64,000 bases of DNA from Candidatus Spongiisociaceae bacterium (GTDB taxonomy: Bacteria; Actinomycetota; Acidimicrobiia; Spongiisociales; Spongiisociaceae), in assembly GCA_965262915.1 (NCBI GenBank), contig OZ253564.1:2016001-2080000 (forward strand). The letters run 5' to 3'. The translations under genes and the position numbers were made by a program. This document shows positions 57,484 to 64,000 of the stretch, in pieces. Every line of letters starts with the position of its first letter. Within the stretch, counting starts at the first letter, position 1. The notes beneath the pieces were generated by a model, which was not told the DNA's origin, made no database searches, and worked only from the letters and a program-made list of their open reading frames with translations.

Positions 57484-58319
57484 GGACGCGTACGGTAGTC
57501 GTACGAGGTGACCTTCAGGTGAACCGCCCGTTGCCGCACCGCTTCGAACAGGACAATCCCCGCCGCGGTCGAGGCGTTGAGAGAGTCGGCGCTTCCGGTC
57601 ATGGGTATGCGGACCGCCTGGTAGCGCCCGTCGAGCCACCCCTCGCTAAGCCCGTACTGCTCGGAGCCCACCACCACCGCCACCATGCCCGCGTAATGGG
57701 CGTCCCAGTAGTCGATCCGGGCCGCCGGCGTGGTGACCACCGGACGGATGCCCTCGGCAGCGAGCCATCTCCTCACCTCGACCGCCGGGGCGACGCCCAG
57801 CGGAACGGTGAACAGCGAGCCGAGGGAAGCGCGGACCACGTTGGGGTTGTAGGGGTCGGTGGTGGGATCGGCCACCACTACGGCTGCCGCGCCCGCCGCG
57901 TCGGCGGTGCGCATCATTGTGCCGAGGTTGCCGGGCTTCTCGATCGCCTCGGCCACCAGCAGGAGCGCGTCTTGCGGTAGGTCGAGTTGCGAGAGGCGCG
58001 TGTCGAACTGGGGCGCCACCGCCAGCAAGCCCTCCGGCCGGTCCCGGTAGGCGACTTTGCGAAACGGAGTGGGGGCCAGGAAGTGGCATCGGGACCCGGC
58101 CGATGCGATCCGGTCCACCAGCGCCGGTTCGTTGGTTCCCAGGAACAGGTCTTCGCATACATAGAGCTCGTCGATCCGGGTTCCGGTGTCGGCCGCCCGC
58201 GACAACTCACGGAAACCCTCGATGAGGAACACCCCCTCGGCGTCCCGGTTCCTGCGGTTGCGCAAACGCACCAGGCGTTTGACCTTGGGGTTGGTGGGCG
58301 ACGTGACGATCCCGCTCAT
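57480..58319 (-). CDS. TrmH/SpoU-family RNA methyltransferase
   Basis: EKPGNLG..MRTADAAG, GSEQYGL, IPMTG.ADSLNAS. Confidence 0.93.
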   Translation of the reverse strand: MSGIVTSPTNPKVKRLVRLRNRRNRDAEGVFLIEGFRELSRAADTGTRIDELYVCEDLFLGTNEPALVDRIASAGSRCHFLAPTPFRKVAYRDRPEGLLAVAPQFDTRLSQLDLPQDALLLVAEAIEKPGNLGTMMRTADAAGAAAVVVADPTTDPYNPNVVRASLGSLFTVPLGVAPAVEVRRWLAAEGIRPVVTTPAARIDYWDAHYAGMVAVVVGSEQYGLSEGWLDGRYQAVRIPMTGSADSLNASTAAGIVLFEAVRQRAVHLKVTSYDYRTRP

Positions 58320-58343
58320 GGGTGGCTACCGTACCCGCCGGGC

Positions 58344-58952
58344 CTATCGCGGTGACCGATCCGGATCCCACCGGTTCCAGTGGATCACCTCGCTGCCGGG
58401 GTGCCACCCGCGCTTCAACGATCCGGAGCGGCGGTCCGGTGCGGCGTGACCTACCGTCACCACGCCGATCGGCGTGTACTCGTCGGGGATACCGAGCAGG
58501 TCCCTCAAGCCGGGGACGGCGTGGATGCCGAGGAAGCCCGCCGCCAGGCCTTCGTTCACCGCGGCCAGGAGCAGGTTCTGGAGCGCGGCGCCGGCGTCCA
58601 CCCACCAGTAGGGCACCGGCCACTCGATCTCGCGGCCGTCCACCAGCTTGTCTGCCTCCCGGTAGCGACGCCGGTAGGCGGCCTCCGAGGCGCACACGGC
58701 GATGTGGGCCGGGGCCCGGCTGATCCATGGATCGAACCCCGCCTCGACGTAGGAGGTCTCGCCGGCCAGCTCCGCGATGGCCTTGCGGTCGGTCTCCTCG
58801 GTGACCACGACGAATGCCTGACCCTGGGCGAAGCCGGCACTGGGCGTTCGCCGCCCGGCTTCTACGATCCGGACCAGTACCGTCCGGTCGACCGGTTCTC
58901 CGGTGTAGTTGCGCACCATCCTGCGCCGGGCCAGGGCATCGCTGAACTCCAT
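58344..58952 (-). CDS. Nitroreductase-family protein
   Basis: RRRMVRNY, PSAGFAQG, DAGAALQNLLLAA. Confidence 0.88.
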   Translation of the reverse strand: MEFSDALARRRMVRNYTGEPVDRTVLVRIVEAGRRTPSAGFAQGQAFVVVTEETDRKAIAELAGETSYVEAGFDPWISRAPAHIAVCASEAAYRRRYREADKLVDGREIEWPVPYWWVDAGAALQNLLLAAVNEGLAAGFLGIHAVPGLRDLLGIPDEYTPIGVVTVGHAAPDRRSGSLKRGWHPGSEVIHWNRWDPDRSPR

Positions 58953-58980
58953 CGCGCCGACGGTAGCCGTTCCGGTCCGC

Positions 58981-60354
58981 TCAGGCTTCGCGTACCGCTC
59001 TGGCCAGCTTGTCGAGAGCCGCCCTGGCGTCGGCGAAGAGCATCAGGGTGGAGTCCATGTAGAACAGCGGGTTGTCGATCCCGGCGAAACCGGGGGAGAG
59101 GCTTCGCTTGATGACGATGGTGGTGGTAGCCCGGTCGACATCGAGAATCGGCATCCCGTAGAGGGGAGAGGAAGGATCCTCCCGGGCGGCGGGGTTCACG
59201 ACGTCGTTGGCGCCCACCACCAGTGCCACGTCCGTACGGGGGAAGTCGTCGTTGATCTCGTCGAGGTCGAGCAGCTGTTCGTAGGGTACGTCGGCTTCGG
59301 CGAGGAGCACGTTCATGTGGCCCGGCATCCTCCCGGCGACCGGGTGGATGGCGTAGCGCACCTCCACCCCTCGTTCCGCCAGCCGGTCGGCCAGCTCGCG
59401 CGCCCCGTACTGGGCTTGGGCCACCGCCAGCCCGTAGCCCGGAACCACGATGACCGAACGTGCGTAGGCGAGGGTCACGGCTGCGTCGTCGACGGTCGCC
59501 CTTCGCACCGGCAGGTCCCCGCCGGCCGTCCCCGGTTGCGCTTCGCCGTTCCCGCCGAAAGCCGCGAACAGGACGTTGCCGAGTGAGCGGTTCATGGCTC
59601 GCGACATGATGGCGGTGAGAACCAGGCCGGAGGCCCCCACCAGGGCGCCGGAGATGATCAGGGCGTCCGATCCGATCACGAAACCGGTGGAGGCCGCGGC
59701 GAGCCCGGACATCGAGTTCAGGAAGGCGACTATCACCGGCATGTCGGCGCCGCCGATGGGCAGGGTGCGGGTCACTCCCAGGAGTCCGGCCAGGCCGACC
59801 AGGACCCACAGAGCGGTGGGATTGCCGGATGCGATCATCCAGGTACTCACGCCGAGTACCGCGGCCGCCAGGACGGTGTCGAACACGATCTGCCCCGTGA
59901 ACAGCATGGGCCGCCCCGGGATCAGTCCTTGGAGCTTTCCGAATGCCACGAGGCTTCCTGTGAAGGTGGCGATGCCGACCACCGTGGACAGGGTGACCGT
60001 GATGGCGGTCTCCACGTCCGGGGCGGGATTGGCGAGGAACGCGGATACCGCCACCAGGCCGGAGGCAACTCCCCCGAACCCGTTGAACGCCGCCACCAGC
60101 TGCGGTATCCCGGTCATGGCGACCCTGCGGGCCAGGAAGGTTCCGGCCGCTCCCCCCACCAGCAGACCGGCGATGATCACCGTGTAGTCGACGATCTCGG
60201 AGTCGAGGAGGGTCAGCACCACCGCTACCAGCATGCCGACCGCGCCCATCAGGTTGCCCGACCGGGCGGTGACGGGTGAACTCAACCGCTTGAGTCCGAT
60301 TATGAACAGGCATGCCGCGACCAGGTAGAGGATCGACGACACCGCCTCGTTCAC
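58981..60354 (-). CDS. pntB: NAD(P) transhydrogenase beta subunit
   Basis: [49 protein letters not shown]. Confidence 0.97.
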   Translation of the reverse strand: MNEAVSSILYLVAACLFIIGLKRLSSPVTARSGNLMGAVGMLVAVVLTLLDSEIVDYTVIIAGLLVGGAAGTFLARRVAMTGIPQLVAAFNGFGGVASGLVAVSAFLANPAPDVETAITVTLSTVVGIATFTGSLVAFGKLQGLIPGRPMLFTGQIVFDTVLAAAVLGVSTWMIASGNPTALWVLVGLAGLLGVTRTLPIGGADMPVIVAFLNSMSGLAAASTGFVIGSDALIISGALVGASGLVLTAIMSRAMNRSLGNVLFAAFGGNGEAQPGTAGGDLPVRRATVDDAAVTLAYARSVIVVPGYGLAVAQAQYGARELADRLAERGVEVRYAIHPVAGRMPGHMNVLLAEADVPYEQLLDLDEINDDFPRTDVALVVGANDVVNPAAREDPSSPLYGMPILDVDRATTTIVIKRSLSPGFAGIDNPLFYMDSTLMLFADARAALDKLARAVREA

Positions 60355-60629
60355 CGGCGGTTCCTCCGGAACATCTCCAGCATCCGGTCGGTAACCAGGA
60401 ACCCGCCCACCACGTTGATGGTGGCGAAGGTCACCGCCAGGAAACCGAGCACCCAGGCCGCGGCGTCGCCCCGGCCGGCCACCAGCAGCGCGCCGACCAG
60501 GGTGATGCCGGAGATGGCATTCGACCCTGACATGAGCGGGGTGTGGAGTTGGGGGGGCACCTTGGTGATCACCTCGAAGCCCACGAAGGCGGCCAGCACG
60601 AACACGGTAATCCCGATCACCAGCGTCAT
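60351..60629 (-). CDS. pntAB: NAD(P) transhydrogenase alpha subunit part 2
   Basis: [31 protein letters not shown]. Confidence 0.96.
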   Translation of the reverse strand: MTLVIGITVFVLAAFVGFEVITKVPPQLHTPLMSGSNAISGITLVGALLVAGRGDAAAWVLGFLAVTFATINVVGGFLVTDRMLEMFRRNRR

Positions 60630-61744
60630 GTGCTCGCCCCGAGTCGGGCAACGACCCTCGGGTGTACCACCTCACCGTCGTGGGTGATGGTCACGCCCAG
60701 CCTGATCTCATCGTCCGGTCCGGGGACCAGTGGGCCGGCCAGGTACCGAACCAGCTCGTAGGCGTTGCGGGCGAGCATTCTCGAGGCGTCGGCGGCAGGT
60801 CGTGAATCGAGACCGGTAGGTCCCACGATCGTGACTCCTCCGGCCTCGACCACCTGGTCGGGTACGGTCAGGACACAGTTTCCACCCTGGTGGGCTGCGC
60901 CGTCCACGATCACCGACCCGGGTCGCATCCGGGCGACCGCCTCGGCCGTGACCAGGGTGGGGGCAGGCTTCCCCGGGATGGCCGCGGCCGTGATCACCGC
61001 GTCGGCCCCGGCCACATGTTCTTCGAGGATCCGGCGCAGGCGGGTTTCCTCGTCCGCATCGAGTTGGCGGGCATAGCCCCCTTGGGTGGAGGCGTCCTGG
61101 GGTTCGAGGTCCAGGTCGATGAACGAGGCGCCCAGGCTCCGTACCTGCTCCGCGGCGCCGGCCCGCACGTCGTATCCCGTGACCACCGCTCCGAGGCGTC
61201 GGGCGGTGGCGATGGCCTGGAGGCCGGCCACCCCGCAGCCGAGCACCAGCACCGTGGCCGGTCGTATGGTTCCTGCCGCCGTCACCATCATCGGGAAGAT
61301 CCTCGTGAGCCGTGAGGCTGCTTCCAGAGCCATGCCGTATCCGGCCACCGTCGCCTGGGAGGAGAGGACATCCATCGACTGGGCCCGGGTGGTCCTCGGG
61401 AGGGTCTCGAAGGCCAGGGCGGTGACACCGGTTCGGGCCAGTACCTCCATACCCTCCGGATCGTCGAGGGGTCGCAGGAGACCGAGGAGCAGGGCGCCGG
61501 GTACCAAGCGGGATCGCTCGGCCGGACCGGGCGGTCCGACGGTAACCACCATCTCGGCTTCCCATGCGGAGTCGACCAGGTCGCAACCTGCGTCGCGGTA
61601 CGCATCGTCGGTGAATCCGGCAGCCGACCCAGCGCCCGCTTCGATCGAGACGCGGTGGCCGTGCGAGATGTAGCGCCTCGCCATGTCGGGAGTTATGGCG
61701 ACCCGTCGCTCCGGACCCCACTGGCGGGGGGCTCCGATATCCAT
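60626..61744 (-). CDS. pntAA: NAD(P) transhydrogenase alpha subunit part 1
   Basis: [47 protein letters not shown]. Confidence 0.95.
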   Translation of the reverse strand: MDIGAPRQWGPERRVAITPDMARRYISHGHRVSIEAGAGSAAGFTDDAYRDAGCDLVDSAWEAEMVVTVGPPGPAERSRLVPGALLLGLLRPLDDPEGMEVLARTGVTALAFETLPRTTRAQSMDVLSSQATVAGYGMALEAASRLTRIFPMMVTAAGTIRPATVLVLGCGVAGLQAIATARRLGAVVTGYDVRAGAAEQVRSLGASFIDLDLEPQDASTQGGYARQLDADEETRLRRILEEHVAGADAVITAAAIPGKPAPTLVTAEAVARMRPGSVIVDGAAHQGGNCVLTVPDQVVEAGGVTIVGPTGLDSRPAADASRMLARNAYELVRYLAGPLVPGPDDEIRLGVTITHDGEVVHPRVVARLGAST

Positions 61745-61791
61745 AGCGGCAACCCCTTCCCTATCGATCCGCTAGACAAAGTCGGCCCGGG

Positions 61792-62851
61792 TCAGGCTTC
61801 CGCCACCGCACGCGCGATCCGGTCTCCCAACCGGTCGGTGGTGGCGCCCATGTCCGGCCCGCCCATCGAGTTCATCGTAGGCACCACCGCGGCCGCCGCG
61901 CTCTCCACGATCGAGGCCGCTTCGTGTTCTCCTAGATGCGACAGGCACATGGCCACCGACAGGACCGCTGCCACGGGATTGGCCCATCCGCGGCCCACGA
62001 TGTCGGGAGCGGATCCGTGGACCGGTTCGAAGAGCGACGGGTAGTCCCGTTCCGGGTTGAGGTTCCCGCTGGCGGCCAGGCCCATGCCACCCTGGACGGC
62101 GGCGCCCAGGTCCGTGATGATGTCGCCGAAGAGGTTGTCGGTGACCACCACGTCGAAGCGCTCCGGAGAGGTGACCAGGTACAGGCACATCGCGTCGACG
62201 TGCACATAGTCGACGGCCACATCCGGGTAGAGGTCGGCCAGTTCGTACACCGTCCGTTGCCACAGGTCTCCTGCGTAGGCGAGCACGTTGGTCTTGTGGC
62301 AGAGGGTCAGGTGCCGGCGCCGGGCCAGCGACTGCTCGAAGGCGAACCGGGCGATCCGTTCCACACCGAAACGCGTGTTGAGCGATTCCTGGACGGCAAC
62401 CTCGGCCGGGGTGCCCTTCCGCAATACGCCTCCCACGTCGCAATACGGTCCTTCTGTGTTCTCGCGCGCGATCAGCATGTCGCACCGCTCGGGAGTGAGG
62501 CCGCTAACCGGAGTGGGCACTCCGGGAAGGAGCTTCACTGGACGAAGATTAACGTACAGGTCGAAGTTGAATCGCAGGCGCAGCAGAAGACCCCGCTCGA
62601 GCACGCCGGGAGGAACGTCGGGCCGGCCCACCGCTCCGACCAGGATGGCGTCGTGGGTGGCCAGTTCCGCCTCCACCGAGTCGGGAAGCACCTCCCCGGT
62701 GGCCAGGTATCGGGTTCCGCCCAGGTCGTAATGGTTGGTGTCCACCGAGAAGCCGCACCGGTCGGCGGCCGCCGCCAGGACCTTGAGGCCCTGTTCGGTG
62801 ACCTCGGGGCCGATCCCGTCTCCGCCGATCACCGCGATCCGGTGGCGCCGC

Positions 62852-62859
<8 letters not shown>
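61792..62859 (-). CDS. leuB: 3-isopropylmalate dehydrogenase
   Basis: [43 protein letters not shown]. Confidence 0.95.

Positions 62860-64000
<1,141 letters not shown>

Overview
High-GC chromosomal window that looks actinobacterial (SCO1664/DUF3090/MSMEG_4193 trio, F420-dependent LLM enzyme, many apparently leaderless genes); an Acidimicrobiia-like origin is inference only. The backbone is housekeeping: pyrH-frr-cdsA-dxr-rseP, ispG-proS-rimP-nusA-infB-rbfA-nrnA-truB-ribF, rpsO-pnp, rnpB, trpD, a complete System I cytochrome c maturation operon, a his operon led by a TrpR-like regulator, pntAB and leuA/leuB. The main accessory signals are: (1) a two-gene island at the rseP 3' end encoding a 1673-aa DEDDh exonuclease-DinG-RecQ triple fusion plus a degenerate-NERD/UvrD-like helicase, bounded by copies of the rseP tail and followed by a chimeric tRNA-Arg, which is a candidate undescribed defence or DNA-processing system; (2) a probable UxxC selenoprotein lipoprotein with a SECIS-like hairpin next to the ccm operon; (3) two inverted copies of a ~220-bp structured element with compensatory base changes behind a PafBC/RecA-NDp-type promoter motif; (4) three MITE families, one inserted in frame in ccmF and one collapsed into the RNase P RNA; (5) several gene remnants and a RibF with a degenerate kinase domain. 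All calls come from motif recognition by eye; no searches were run.
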